A DNA stretch of 64,000 bases. It comes from Leucoraja ocellata. Its lineage: Eukaryota. Shown here piece by piece: positions 1 to 12,665 of the stretch (position 1 is its first letter; each line of letters starts with the position of its first letter). The notes beneath the pieces were generated by a model, which saw nothing but the letters and a program-made list of their open reading frames with translations, did not search any database and was not told the origin of the DNA. The DNA is taken from positions 6,944,001 to 7,008,000 of the forward strand of contig JAWMAR010000070.1 of the NCBI GenBank assembly GCA_036785375.1, written 5' to 3'. Made by a program: the position numbers and the translations under genes.

Positions 1-383
1 TGTCAAGGTCCAGTGAGATGTGTTTTACCATACAGTCATACCAGATAAAAGCACCAAGACAACTACATGAAAGTTAACGTAGACATCCACCACAGCGCCC
101 CCCCCCACATTCCTCACTGTGATGGAAGGCAATAAAGTCTTACATTCCCTCTTTATTCTCCCGCGCGCGGTCTGGGCTGTCGAACCATCCACAGTCGGGG
201 CGGTCGAAGCTCCTGGGGCTTGGAGCTCCCGATGTCGGTCGCTAACCAAGGGACCGCGAGCTCCGCAATGTTAAGTCCACAATCTCCCGCGGTTGGAGCT
301 GCCAAAGTCGGATCCCAGCACAAGGCGGCCAGCTCCTCGATGTTAGGCCCCGGGGAGAGCGTGCAAACTCCATACAATAGATA

Positions 384-760
384 ATAGACAATAGACAATA
401 GGTGCAGGAGTAGGCCATTTGCCCTTCGAGCCAGCACCGCCATTCAATGTGATCATGGCTGATCATCGCCAATCAGTACCCCGTTCCTGCCTTCTCCCCA
501 TATCCCCTGACTCCACTATCTTTAAGAGCCCTATCTAGCTCTCTCTTGAAAGCATCCAGAGAACCGGCCTCCACCGCCCTCTGAGGCAGAGAATTCCACA
601 GACTCACCACTCTCTGTGAGAAAAAGTGTTTCCTCGTCTCCGTTCTAAATTGCTTACTCCTTATTCTTAACTGTGTGGCCCCTGGTCCTGGACTCCCCCC
701 AACATCCGAAACATGTTTCCTGCCTCTAGCTGTCCAAGCCCCTTAACAATCTTATATGTA
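384..760 (-). mobile_element. CR1 LINE 3' fragment
   Basis: CR1 3' end (gaatggcggtgctggctcgaagggc) with (tagacaa)n tail. Confidence 0.8.
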
Positions 761-892
761 CAGACAGCAGCCGTAGTCAGGATGGAACCCGGGTTGCTGA
801 CGCTAGGAGGGAGCAACTCTACCGCTGCGCCACCGTGCCGCCCGTAATTCTCAATACAAACGGCAAACTAACCGAAGCTTGTTTCTCTCCAG

Positions 893-1172
893 AATGCAAG
901 CTGGCCCCATCCCCACCGGCCCATCCCCACCGGCCCCCGATGTCGTCCACAACAGCCGGCACACCGTCCACCGCACTGTCCACTGCTGCCCGACACACTC
1001 CACCAGAGCCCCGGCAACCCCAACTTCTGTGTCGGCAAATCCAACGGCTTCCACGTCGACCCTCAGGACAAGAGAGTCTACTACCAGTGTGTGAACGGGC
1101 GCACGTACGTGCAAGAGTGCGCCACGGGCCTCGTCTTCGACACGACCTGGACGCTGTTGCAACTGGCCCTGA
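893..1172 (+). CDS. Chitinase gene A, last coding exon (Pro/Thr linker + CBM14 chitin-binding domain); upstream exons lie left of the window; two apparent frameshifts
   Basis: Acceptor ttctctccAG at 891-892. Reads (x)ECKLAPSPP...linker, then in another frame SPGNPNFCVGKSNGFHVDPQDKRVYYQCVNGRTYVQECATGLVFDTT, then in a third frame CCNWP-TGA (1170-1172). Closely similar to gene B last coding exon. Confidence 0.85.
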
Positions 1173-1211
1173 GCAGGTTGGTGCGTTCGTTCCACAGCCG
1201 GGCAGCGAGCG

Positions 1212-1735
1212 TGTAACAGGAGTAACAGCGAGAATGGTGTAACGGGAGTAACAGTGAGAGTGGTGTAACGAGTAACAGCAAGAGTGCTGCAATGGGAGTA
1301 ACAGCGAGCGTGGTGTAACAAGAGTAACAGTGAGAGTGGTGTAACGGAGTAACAGCGAGAGTGCTGCAATGGAATAACAGCGAGATGGTGTAACGGAGTA
1401 ACAGTGAGAGTGGTGTAACGGAGTAACAGTGAGAGTGGTGTAACGGGAGTAACAGTGAGAGTGGTGTAACGGGAGTAACAGTGAGAGTGGTGCAACGGAG
1501 TAACAGTGAGAGTGGTGTAACGGAGTAACAGCGAGAGTGGTGTAACGGGAGTAACAGTGAGAGTGGTGTAACGGGAGTAACAGCGAGAGTGGTGTAACGG
1601 AGTAACAGTGAGAGTGGTGTAACGGAGTAACAGCGAGAGTGTGTAACGGAGTAACAGCGAGAGTGGTGTAACGGAGTAACAGCGAGAGTGGTGTAACGGG
1701 AGTAACAGCGAGAGTGGTGTAACGGAGTAACAGCA
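1212..1735. repeat. Minisatellite, 25-26-bp unit GTAACAGYGAGAGTGGTGTAACGG(G)A
   Basis: About 20 tandem copies; generates the spurious TPLHHS/RYTTL ORFs. Confidence 0.95.
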
Positions 1736-2399
1736 AGGCCAAGAGCGAGTGCTGTGAGGAGGGGGAGAGTGGGGCAGGAGGAGAGAGAGGATGTTTCCAC
1801 TGGCGAGAGACTAGGAATTTCTTTAGTCAGAGGGTGGTGAATCTGTGGAATTCATTGACACAGACGGCTGTGAGGCCAAGTCGATGGATGTTTTTGGCCT
1901 AATATGGCTCCTATAACATGAGCTTAGTTATTATGCCTTTCAGCCCATCGAGTCTACTCAGAAATTCAATCATGGCTGATCTATCTCTCCCTCCTAACCC
2001 TATTCTCTGTCTTTTCCCCATAACCTCTGACACCCATACTAATCAAAATCTATCTAAAATATCCCACAGCCGTCTGCGGCAATGAATTCCACAGATTCAC
2101 CGGCCTCTGACTAAATCAATTCCTCCTCATCTCCATTCTAAAGGTACGTCCTTTTATTCTGAGACTGGGGAACAGATCCTTCACCAGCTCAACTGTTTCT
2201 GATGTCAGTGGTGACTGTCACAACTTATGGCGAGGCACAGCGTAGAGTTGCTGCCTCACAGCACCAGAGACCCGGGTTCCATCCTGACGATGGGTGCTGT
2301 CTCTACGGAGTTTGTACGTTCTCCCCGTGACCTGTGTGGTTTTCTCCGGGCGCTCCGGTTACCTCCCGGTCCTCCAAAGACCTGCAGGCTTGTATGTTA

Positions 2400-2635
2400 G
2401 GTTACACAAAAAAGCTGGAGAAACTCAGCGGGTGCAGCAGCATCTATGGAGCGAAGGAAATAGGCAACGTTTCGGGCCGAAACCGTTCTTCAGACTGATC
2501 TGTCTGAAGAAGGGTTTCGGCCCGAAACGTTGCCTATTTCCTTCGCTCCATAGATGCTCCTGCACCCGCTGAGTTTCTCCAGCTTTTTTTGTGTAACCTT
2601 CGATTCTCCAGCATCTGCAGTTCCCTCTTAAACAC
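2400..2635. mobile_element. Palindromic non-autonomous retro-element (Penelope-like terminus) inserted in a SINE
   Basis: About 95-bp inverted arms; 13-bp TSD ggcttgtatgtta at 2387-2399 and 2636-2648. Confidence 0.8.
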
Positions 2636-2869
2636 GGCTTGTATGTTAATTGGCTTCGGTAAAAATTGTAAATTGGCCCTAGTGTGTGTAGGAAAGTGTT
2701 AGTGTGCGGGGATCGCTGGTCTGTACAGAGTGTGTGTAGGATAGTGTTAGTGTGCGGGGATCGCTGGTCGGCGCGGACTCTGTGGGCCAAAGGGCCTGTT
2801 TGTGCGCTGTGTCTCTAAAGTGTACCGTGTAAAGTAAACTCTAGCACGGTGTGTATCTTTCCCCAACAG

Positions 2870-3030
2870 CGGGGACTGAAGCAGCGATGTTCCAGCCCGT
2901 GGACGGGGGGGGGGGGGGGGGCAGCTGAACCCCAACATCCACTCGTCGACAGCAGCTACTCCTCACCCACCGAAAATCCCCCTCCCCGCAAACAAATAAA
3001 GACTTGCTCTGCAAACTCCGCATTGCTGCT
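2870..3030 (+). other. Gene A non-coding terminal (3' UTR) exon with poly(A) signal
   Basis: Donor TGAgcag|GTtggt at 1176/1177, acceptor tttccccaacAG at 2868-2869, AATAAA at 2995-3000. Homologous in inverted orientation to 6550-6710. 3' end approximate. Confidence 0.65.
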
Positions 3031-3715
3031 GCTTTTATTTTACACCTACATCTGCTTTAGACCCGGGTTCGACCCTGACCTCGGGTGCTGTCTGTGTGGA
3101 GTTTGCACGTTCTCACTGTGACCTGCGTGGGTTTCCTCCAGATACCCCGGTTTCATAAGTTCATAAGTGATGGGTGGAGAAATTAGGCCATTTGGCCAAT
3201 CAAGTCTATTCTATCATTCGTTCATGGCTGATATAGCTCTTCCTCCTAACCCCATTCTCCTGCCTTCTCCCCATAACCCCCGATACCCGCACTAATCATC
3301 CTCCTTCCTCCTTTGTCCCAAAGACGTGCGCCTTTGTAGGATAATCGGCCCTCTGTAAATTGCTGCTACTGTGGTAGGAAGTGGAATAACATAGAAATTA
3401 ATGTGAACATGCAAGGGTAGAACAGCACAGGCTCAGGAACAGGCCATTCGGCCCACCATGTCTGTGCCGATCCCCATGCCAAGACCATCTCTTATCTGCC
3501 TGCACGTGATGAGGCCTATCCATGTTGTCCAGAGATGCCGCCTAAATCGCTGAGTTACTCCAGCACTCTGTGAAACGTCACCTATCCATGTTCTCCACAG
3601 ATGCTGCCTGACCCGCTGAGTTACTCCAGCACTCTGTGAAACGTCACCTATCCATGTTCTCCACAGATGCTGCCTGACCCGCTGAGTTACTCCAGCACTC
3701 TGTGTCTTCTATTTA

Positions 3716-4020
3716 GGGCGGCACGGGGGCGCAGCGGTAGAGCTGCTGCCTCACAGCGCCGGAGACTCGGGGTCGATCCTGACCACGGGTGCTGCCTGCA
3801 CGGAGTTTGTACGTTCTCACCGTGACCTGAGTTAGGTTTTCTCCAGGTGCTCCAGTTCCCTCCCACATCTCAATGGTGACCATGTTTGTAGGTAATTGGC
3901 TTCTGTAAAAATTGTAAATTGTCCCTGATGTGTAGGATAGTGCTAGTGTGCGGGATCACAGGACGGTGTGAGTCGGTGGGCCGAAGGGCCTGTTTCCGTG
4001 CTGTATCTCTAAAGTCTAAA
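3716..4020 (+). mobile_element. tRNA-derived V-SINE (HE1-like)
   Basis: tRNA-like head ggcgcagcggtagag...gtcgatcc, V-domain core, tail gggccgaagggcctgtttcc. Confidence 0.85.
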
Positions 4021-4728
4021 GTTTTGTAAACCAGCATCTGCAGTTCTTTATTCTACACAAAAACATAATTGTACATAAAGCATACAGAAATGATTGTATA
4101 AACTCTACAAAAGCACTGTGCAACATATCAAGATATTACAAGATACAAGATACATTTAATTGTCATTTGGACCCCCTTGAGGTCCAAACGAAATGCCGTT
4201 TCTGCAGCCATACATTACAAACACGTAGACCCAAGACACAACATAATTTACATAAACATCCATCACATTGCTGTAATGGAAGGCCAATAAACTTATCTCT
4301 CCACTGCACTCTCCCCCCCCCCCCCCCCCCCGATGTCAGAGTCAAAGTCAAAGCCCCCGGCTGGCGATGGCAATTTGTCCCGCGGCCATTAAAGCCACGC
4401 CGGGTGGTGCGAGGTCGCACACCGGGTCTTGGTGTTAGAGCCCCCGGCGTGCGCTCACAGAGTCCCGCGGCCATTCCAAGCCGCGCGGGGCGGTGATGTT
4501 AGGCCCCGCTCCAGGAGCTCTTCGACCCCGCAACTCGGGCGGGGGAAGTCGCCGTTGGCGAGAGGCCCTGAAAAGCGGTCTCCCTCCAGGGGACCCGCGG
4601 GCTCCCGGTGCCGCCGTCCACAGACCTGCCGTTGAAGCCTCCGACTATTAGTGCAAAAATACACGATTGGAATAGATGCAGACTAACAAGAACATGCTGG
4701 GCCTGAACTCTTGCCATCTCACATTTAA

Positions 4729-5030
4729 GGCGGCACGGTGGCGCAGTTGTAGAGTTGCTGCCTCAAAGCGCCAGAGACCCGCGTTCGATCCCGACTACGG
4801 GCGTTGTCTGTACAGGATTTGTACCTCTCCCCGTGACCTGCGTGGGTTTTTTGCCAAGATCGTCAGTTTTCTCCCACACTCCAAAGACGTACAGGTTTGT
4901 AGGTTAATTGGCTTGGTATAAATGCAAATTGTCCCTAGTGTGTGTAGGATAGTGTTAGTGTGCGGGGATCGCTGGTCGGTGTGGATACGGTGGCCGAAGG
5001 GCCTGTTTCCGCGCTGTATCTCTAAACTAA
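4729..5030 (+). mobile_element. tRNA-derived V-SINE (HE1-like)
   Basis: A/B boxes, V-core and CR1-like tail. Confidence 0.85.
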
Positions 5031-6549
5031 AGCAATCTAATCAATTTACCAGATATCCCTTACCTGCAAACAACCCCAATCAACTTCTGAAAGTTCTGTC
5101 TAATATTATTAAAATGATCCCTGCACCATTGTGGGACTTGAAACTTTTGGACGAGTTCCAACCTATTCCATAATTATTATAAAACTATATTTATGGTCAC
5201 TGTTCGCAAATACTCCTCACTAACACTTCAATTCCCTGCCTTTCAAAGGCTTTAGGAGAAGACAGGATAATAGGGTTAGGAGGGAGAGATAGATCTGGCA
5301 TGATGGAATGGCAGAGTAGACTTGATGGGCCGAATGGCTTAAGTCTGCTCCGGGAACTTATGAATTTCTTTCTTCAAGAGGAGATTGAGTTTTCCTCGCT
5401 CCCTGGTGGGGCCATCTCCACATTGCTTGGAGAATATTTGCCTTAATATACTGAACAAATTCCACCCCGTCTTGGTAGGATGGTTCAGTTGCCTAATAAC
5501 AGCTGAGAAGAAACTGTCCCATAATCTGATTCTTCACACCTCTATGTCTTTTTCCTGATGGAGAGGGGAGAAGAGGGAATGGCCCTCTGCTTTTGGACTC
5601 CTCCTACACGTGTAAGATGGGCTCACTGACTCTGCCTCTCATGAGGACAGTCAGAGGTGGGGGAACTTGGATGGGAGAGGGATTCTGCTTTCACCCCATA
5701 TCCCTTGATTCCGTTTGTCCTAAGAGCTAAATCTAACTCTCTCTTGCTGGAATACTTGTGCTGAGTATTCGTAGGAAGGAACTGCAGATGCTGGTTTAAA
5801 CCGAAGATAGACACAAAAAGCCGGAGTAACTCAGGCGGGACAGGCAGCATCTCCGGGAGGGAAGGATGGGTGACATTCAGGTCGAGAACCTTCTTCAGAG
5901 GTGCTGAATGATACTGTACTGAACTGTGTGCAGTAACGGATTTTGCTGTATCCGTGACAATAAAGTAGCATTGAATCATTAAATGTTCTCCCTGTGTGTA
6001 TGTGTTTATTATCACATGTACCGAGGTACAGAGCACAATTAACCCCCCTCTGAACCATAACCTCTGACACCCGCACGTCTTTGGGATGGTGGGATGAAGG
6101 ATGAATCAAAGATCTTTAAGATCTTGGGATGAATGGTGCGGGTGTCAGAGGTTATGGGGAGAAGGCAGGAGAATGGGGTTAGGAGGGAGAGATAGATCTG
6201 CCATGATTGAATGGCAGAGCAGACTCGATGGGCCGAATGGCTTATTTCTGCTCCTATCACTTATGAACTTATGAAACTGAAGCTTCCCGGAGGAAACCCA
6301 CGCAGGTAACAGGAAGGACGTGCACACTCCACACAAAAAGCACAATAAAGTACCATTGACCATTAAGCGACAGTGTTCTCCCTGTACAAACCCGCACGCC
6401 TTAGGATGTGGGAGGAAACCGGAGCACCCCGGAGGAAACCCACGCAGGTAAACTGTAAGAGCGTGCAAGCTCCACACACAGACAGCACCCGAGGTCAGGA
6501 TCGAACCCGGGTCTCTGCCCTAAAGCAGGTGTGGGTGTAAAAATAAAAG

Positions 6550-6710
6550 CAGCAGCAATGCGGAGTTTATAGAACAAGATCTTTATTTGTTTGGGGGGAG
6601 GGGGATTTTCGGTGGGCGAGGAGTAGCTGCTGTCGACGATCTGATGTTGGGGTTCAGTTGCCCCCTCCCCCCCCCTTCCACGGGCTCGAACATCGCTGCT
6701 TCAGTCTCCG
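6550..6710 (-). other. Gene B non-coding terminal (3' UTR) exon with poly(A) signal
   Basis: Donor TAAgcag|GTcagt at 8929/8928, acceptor ttttacctgcAG at 6712-6711, AATAAA on the minus strand at 6582-6587. Homologous to 2870-3030. Confidence 0.65.
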
Positions 6711-7724
6711 CTGCAGGTAAAACAGTTCAGTTTAGTTTATTGTCACGTGTACCGAGGTACAGTGAAAAGCTTTTGTAGCGTGCTAACCAGTCAGCGGAAA
6801 GACAATACATGATTACAATCGATCCATCCACAGTGTACAGATACAGGATAAGGGAATAACATTTAGTGCAAGGTAAAGCCAGCAAAGTCCGATCAAGGAT
6901 AGTCCGAGGGTCACCAATGAGGTAGATAGTAGTTCAGCTCTGCTCTCTGGTTGTGGTAGGATGGTTCAGTTGCCTGATAACAGCCGGAAGAAACTGTCTC
7001 TGAATCTGGAGGTGTGCGCGTGCGTTTTCACACTTCTGTACCTCTTGCCTGATGGGAGAGGGGAGAAGAGGGAGTGACCGGGGTGAGACTGTCCTTGATG
7101 ATGCTGCTGGCCTTGCCGAGGCAGCGTGAGGTGTAGATGGAGTCAATGGAAGGGAGGTTGGTTTGTGTGTGTGATGGTCTGGGCTGCGTCACAATTTGCT
7201 GCAATTCTTGCGGTCTTGGATGGAGCTGTTCCCAAACCTTGCTGTGATGCATCGCGATAAAATGCTTTCCATGGTGCATCTGTAGAAGTGGGTGAGAGTT
7301 GTGGGGGACATGCTGAACCTCCGAACCCTTCTAAGGAGGTAGAGGTAGTGACAGATCAGGACAGAGAGTGTGCCAGTGTTAGTTCGCAGTTTAGACTTTG
7401 GCGCTAACAGGCCCTTCGGCCCATCGAGTCCGCGCTGACCAGCGATCCCCGCACACTAACACTATCCTACACACACTGGGGACAATTTACAATTTTACCA
7501 AGCCAATTAATCTACAAACCTGCACGTCTGTAGAGTGTGGGAGGAAACTGGAGTACTGGGAGAAAACCCACACAGTCATGGGGAGAACGTGCAAACTCCG
7601 TACAGCCGCCCCGTGGTCAGGGTCACTGTCTATAGGGAGAGGTTGGGCAGGCTAGGATTTTATTCCTTGTAGCGCATGAGGCTGAGAGTGATCCTATACA
7701 TGTGTATAAATTCACGAGGGGAAT

Positions 7725-8145
7725 AGAAACATAGAAACATAGAAAATAGGTGCAGGAGTAGGCCATTCGGCCCTTCGAGCCTGCACTGCCATTCAATATG
7801 ATCATGGCTGATCATCCAACTCAGTATCCTGTACCTGCCTTCTCTCCATACCCCCTGATACCTTTAGCCATAAGGGCCACATCTAACTCCTCTTAAATTT
7901 AGCCAATGAACTGTGTGGCCTCAACTACCTTCTGTGGCAGAGATTCACCACTCTCTGTGTGAAAAATGTTTTTCTCATCTCGGTCCTAAATGATTCCCCC
8001 TTATCCTTAAACTGTGACCCCTTGTTCTGGACTTCCCAACATCGGGAACAATCTTCCTGCATCTAGCCTGTCCAACCCTTAAGAATTTGTACGTTTCTAT
8101 AAGATCCCCCTCAATCTCTAAATTCTAGCGAGTACAAACCGAGTA
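7725..8145 (-). mobile_element. CR1 LINE 3' fragment
   Basis: Same 3' end as 33590-34010 with (ATGTTTCT)n tail. Confidence 0.8.
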
Positions 8146-8932
8146 CTAGGGTGTATGAACAGTCTTTTACCCTGAGTAGGGGAATCGAGAACCAGAGAAC
8201 GGTTTAAGGGGAGAGGGGAAAAGATTTAATAGGAACCTGAGGGGCAACTCTCTCATACAGAGGGTGGTGGGTGTATGGAACGAGCTGCTGGAGGAGGTAG
8301 TTGGGGCGGGACTGTCCCAATGTTTAAAAAGATGTGTAGATTAGATTAGACTTTATTTAGTGTAGGAAGGAACTGCAGTTGCAGATTTATAACAAAGATA
8401 GACACAGCGGGACAGGCAGCATCTCTGGAGAAAAGGATGGGTGATGTTTACAGTCAGAAACCTACTTCGGTCTAATTTATAATTTAACTTGTGGACGGGT
8501 GCATGGTTTAGATTAGTTTATTCTCACGTGTACTGAGCAGTAGCTCGACTCAATAACCAAAAATCTGTAGCTTCCTTTGCTCAGCTCTATTTTATTTAAT
8601 TCACATATTTAATCAACAATGTTTTATTATTACTGTCTAATGTTTTATGTGTCATTCCTAACTGTCACTGCATGTCATGTTGTCACTTGTGGGCGGAGCA
8701 CCAAGGCAAATTCCTTGTATGTGAATATAAACGTATTCATTCTTTCATTCATACATGAGGTACAGTGAAAAGCTTTTGTTGCGAGCTAACCAGTCAGCGG
8801 GAAGGGATAGGATTGGTTTAGGGGGGTGTGGCCAAACTGTATTAGTGTAGATGGGGCATCTTGGGCGAGTTGGGCCGGAGAGCCTGTTTCCGCGCTGCGC
8901 TACGCTCTGATGGGCAGAGTGTACTGACCTGC

Positions 8933-9135
8933 TTACGCCCAGTTACAACAGTTGCATGACGTGTCAAAGACGAGCCCGGTGTCGCACTTCTGCAGGTAGG
9001 TCTTGCCGTTCACACACTGGTAGTAGTAGTTCTTGTTGGTCGGGTCAGCGTGGAAGCCGTTGGACTTGCCGACACAGTACTCCAGGTTCCCCGGGCTCTT
9101 GGTGGGGCCTTGGTGGGAGTGGACCGCCACACAAC
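8933..9135 (-). CDS. chia: Chitinase gene B exon 11: short linker + CBM14 domain
   Basis: tttgcAG|GT TGT...; (G)CVAVHSHQGPTKSPGNLEYCVGKSNGFHADPTNKNYYYQCVNGKTYLQKCDTGLVFDTSCNCCNWA*, six-Cys CBM14 pattern. Confidence 0.93.
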
Positions 9136-9684
9136 CTGCAAAGTACAACCTGTTGCAGCGAGTCCACAGATGCTGATTCACACCCAACGATGCTGCAGTG
9201 ACTCGGCTACACAGGCAGCATCTCTGGAGAGAAGGACGGGTGAAGAGGTGGAGAGTGGAGAGTGGAGAGTGGAGGGTGGAGGGTGGAGGGGGAATTGGGG
9301 GGATGGGGGGGGGTTACCTGGGTTGATGCCGAGACCCGTGTGTACTTTGGTGATGGGGGAGTGGGAGGGGAAATGGGGGAGATGAGGAGGGGGAAGGAGG
9401 GGGGATGGTGGAGAGGGCAGGGGCAGAGGAGGGGGGGTGAGACGGAGTGGGGTTTACCTGGGTTGCCACGTCATGGGGAAGGGGAGAGGGGAGGGGGTGA
9501 TGTGGGGGGGGGAGGAGGAGGAGGAGGAGTGGGGGGAGGGTGATGTGGGGGGGGGGGGAGGAGGGATAATGTTCGGAGGGGAGGGGGGTTACCTGAGTTG
9601 CCGCGTCACGGGGGAGAGGGAGGGGGAGGGGTGATGTGGGGGGGTAGGGAGGTGATGTGGGAGGAGGAGGAGGAGGGGGGTTAC

Positions 9685-9823
9685 CTGGGTTGATGCCGAG
9701 ACCCGTGTGCAGTTTGCTGATGAGGGGGTACCGGCCCTGGTGACAGAAGGAGCCGCTGAAGTCGTCCAGGGACAGGGTCCACACCATGGCCCCTCCAATG
9801 CCGGTCTTTTTCAGCCATTCGAT
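9685..9823 (-). CDS. chia: Chitinase gene B exon 10
   Basis: AG/GT bounded, 139 nt: IEWLKKTGIGGAMVWTLSLDDFSGSFCHQGRYPLISKLHTGLGINP. Confidence 0.93.
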
Positions 9824-10320
9824 CTGCAGGGCGGAGATCAGCCTCAGTCATCATCACCGTGTCTTAGAAACCATGAGGGGGACCTCATAGAAACGTACTC
9901 AATAGTGTGATAGGCCTGGATGGAGTGGATGTGGAGAGGATGTTTCCACTAGTGGGAGAGTCTAGGATCAGAGGGCACAGCATCACAATTAAAGACGTTC
10001 CTTTAGGAAGGAAATGAGGAGGAATTTCTTTCATCAGAGGCGGTGAATCTGTGGGATTCTTTGCCACAGACGGCTGTGGAGGCCAAGTCAGTGTTTATTG
10101 TAAGGCAGAGATAGATAGATTCTTGATTAGGTTCGGGTGTCAGGGGTTATGGGGAGAAGGCAGGAGAATGGGTTATGGAGGAAGAGATAGATCAGCCATG
10201 ATTGAATGGCGGAGTAGACTTGATGGGCCGAATGGCCTAATTGTGCTGCTAGAACTGATGACATTATGTGTGGAGGAAAGTGTGTGGATCACAAGATCTA
10301 AAGCAGAAACAAGAACGTAC

Positions 10321-10436
10321 CTTGTTTTCAAAACTCTTTGGGTTATCGTACCCGACCCAGTCCCTGCCCTTGTAGGCGTAGGGAACCATCTGTGGCGCGT
10401 CCATTTCTGTGTGGCACCATTGAGGAAGAGGCAGAT
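10321..10436 (-). CDS. chia: Chitinase gene B exon 9 (apparent 1-nt deletion)
   Basis: ICLFLNGATQKW / DAPQMVPYAYKGRDWVGYDNPKSFENK. 116 nt between AG and GT; 117 needed (TGG GAC read as TGGAC). Confidence 0.9.
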
Positions 10437-11260
10437 CTGTGGAGAGAAGGAGATGTTGGTGTGAGGCCAGGGCCGTTGACAAGATGGTGGCCAAGCCCAG
10501 AGACTCTGCACACGACACCGTAGATGTGGGTCTGTAATCACACATCACAATCGCTCCCCGCTGTTAAACCTCTACTCCAACGGCACCATCCCTTCCATCG
10601 CCTCCATCTACACCTCACGTTGCCTCGCAAGGCCAGCAGCATCATCAAGGACCAGTCTCACCCCGGCCACTCCTCTTCTCCCCTCTCCCATCAGGCAAGA
10701 GGTACAGGAGTGTGAAAATGAACGCACACCTCCAGATTCAGGGACAGTTTCTTCCCGGCTGTTATCAGGCAACTGAACCATCCACCACAACCAGAGAGCA
10801 GTGCTGAACTACTATCTACCTCATTGGTGGCACTCGGACTATCCTTGATCGGACTTTGCTGGCTTTACCTTGCACTAATGTATTCCCTTATCATGTATCT
10901 GTACACTGTGGACGGCTCGATTGTAATCATGTGTTAGTCTTTCTTCTGACTGGACAGCACGCAACAAAAGCTTTTCACTGTACCTCGGTACACGTGACAA
11001 TAAACTAAACTCAACTAAGAACAGGGTCGGGAACAGAAATGTTGAATAAAAACGTCACCATCTGGGTAAACCACACCCCACCGTTCAGCTGACTGTCACC
11101 CCTCTTGGAAACCTTGAATGTTGCTGGATGTCATTAACGTTCAGAATGAGTCAAAAACAATGAAAAATCAATGCAGATAAAACACATTCAACCAGGAAAG
11201 TTCTCAAATTCACCAAACTAAAGCCAATTAGTACAAAGGAAAATTCCATCTACCATCAAA

Positions 11261-11565
11261 GGGTGGCAGTGTGGCGCAGCGGTAGAGTTGCTGCCTCACA
11301 GCGCCAGAGACAAGGGTTCGATCCCGACTACGGGCGCTGTCTGTACGGAGTTTGCACGTTCTCCCGTGACCTGCGTGGGTTTTCCCCAAGATCTCCGGTT
11401 TCCTCCCACACCCCAAAGACGTGCAGGTTTAGAGGTTAATTGGTGTGGTATCATTGTAAATTGACCCTAGTGTGTACAGGATAGTGTGAGTGTGCGGGGA
11501 TCGCTGGCCGGCATGCAGTCGTTGGGCTGAAGGGCCTGTTTCCGTGCTGTATCTCTAAACTAAAA
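11261..11565 (+). mobile_element. tRNA-derived V-SINE (HE1-like)
   Basis: Full-length copy of the same consensus. Confidence 0.85.
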
Positions 11566-12665
11566 TAAACTACATGATGAAACCTCATCTGGAACTCTGG
11601 GACTGAGCAGTGAGATGTGTTGAAGGCAAAGGAAGGGCTTGGGCCAGGTTTGCTTCACCCAGGGGCAGGTCCACATCTGGCAGCAACATCTGGTGGAGCG
11701 TGAGGGCCACATCTGGGTGAGTTTAGCAGCAGCTGGATGCATCAGTCTGAGGTTTGTGGGAAACAGGGACATGACTGAACCAACATGGCTGCCTCATCTA
11801 TCGAGCTCCTGAACGCAGCCCAACACCTCAACTCTGCACGTACATCTACTGTTTAATGTAGCGCAGAGATACAGCACGGAAACAGGCCCTTCGGCCCACC
11901 GAGTCCATGCCGACCACCGATCACCCACCCACACTAGTTCTACCTTATCCCACTTTCTCATCCACTCCCTACACTCTAGGGGGCAACTTACACAGGGCCG
12001 ATTAACCTACAAACCCGCACGTCTTTGGAATGTGGGAGGAAACCGGAGCGGTCACGGGGAGAACGTGCAAACTCCACACAGACAGCACCCGAGCCTCTGG
12101 CACTGTGAGGTAGCATCTCTACCATTGCGCCACCGTTGGTTGCACTAAGTACTTCAGGGTTTTAGCATTAGTGTTGTGGTTTTTAATGTGTTGAACTTTT
12201 TAATCATAGAGTCGTAGCAGATGGAAACAGGCCCTTCAGCCCAACTTGCCCCTGCCGACTAAGATGCCCATGTACACTGGTCCCACCTGTCCGTGTTTGG
12301 CCCAAATCCCTCTAAACCCGTCCTATACCTGTTCCTGCACCTGTTTTTTTCCGTTTAATTTTGTAGTGCAGCGTGGAAACAGGCCCTTCAGCCCATCAAG
12401 TCCCTGCCGACTAGCAATACATCAGTTATATCATATACATTAGGGACATTTAACCCACCAACCTGCAGGTCTTTGGGAGGAAACCGGAGCCCCGGGAGAA
12501 AGCCCCCGCGGTCACGGGGAAAACGTGCAAACTCCACAAAGACAGCAGGCGTGGTGAGGGTTGGGGGGGGGGGGGGGGGGGGAGTGTGTTGGGGGAGGGG
12601 TGAGGGTTGGGGGGAGGGGAGGGAGGGGTGAGTGTTGGGGGAGGGGTGAAGGGGGGGACAGGTAC

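Noticed and set aside
819-1800. Long ORFs 819..1742, 851..1495 and 1081..1800
   Set aside because: Translations of a 25-26-bp minisatellite.
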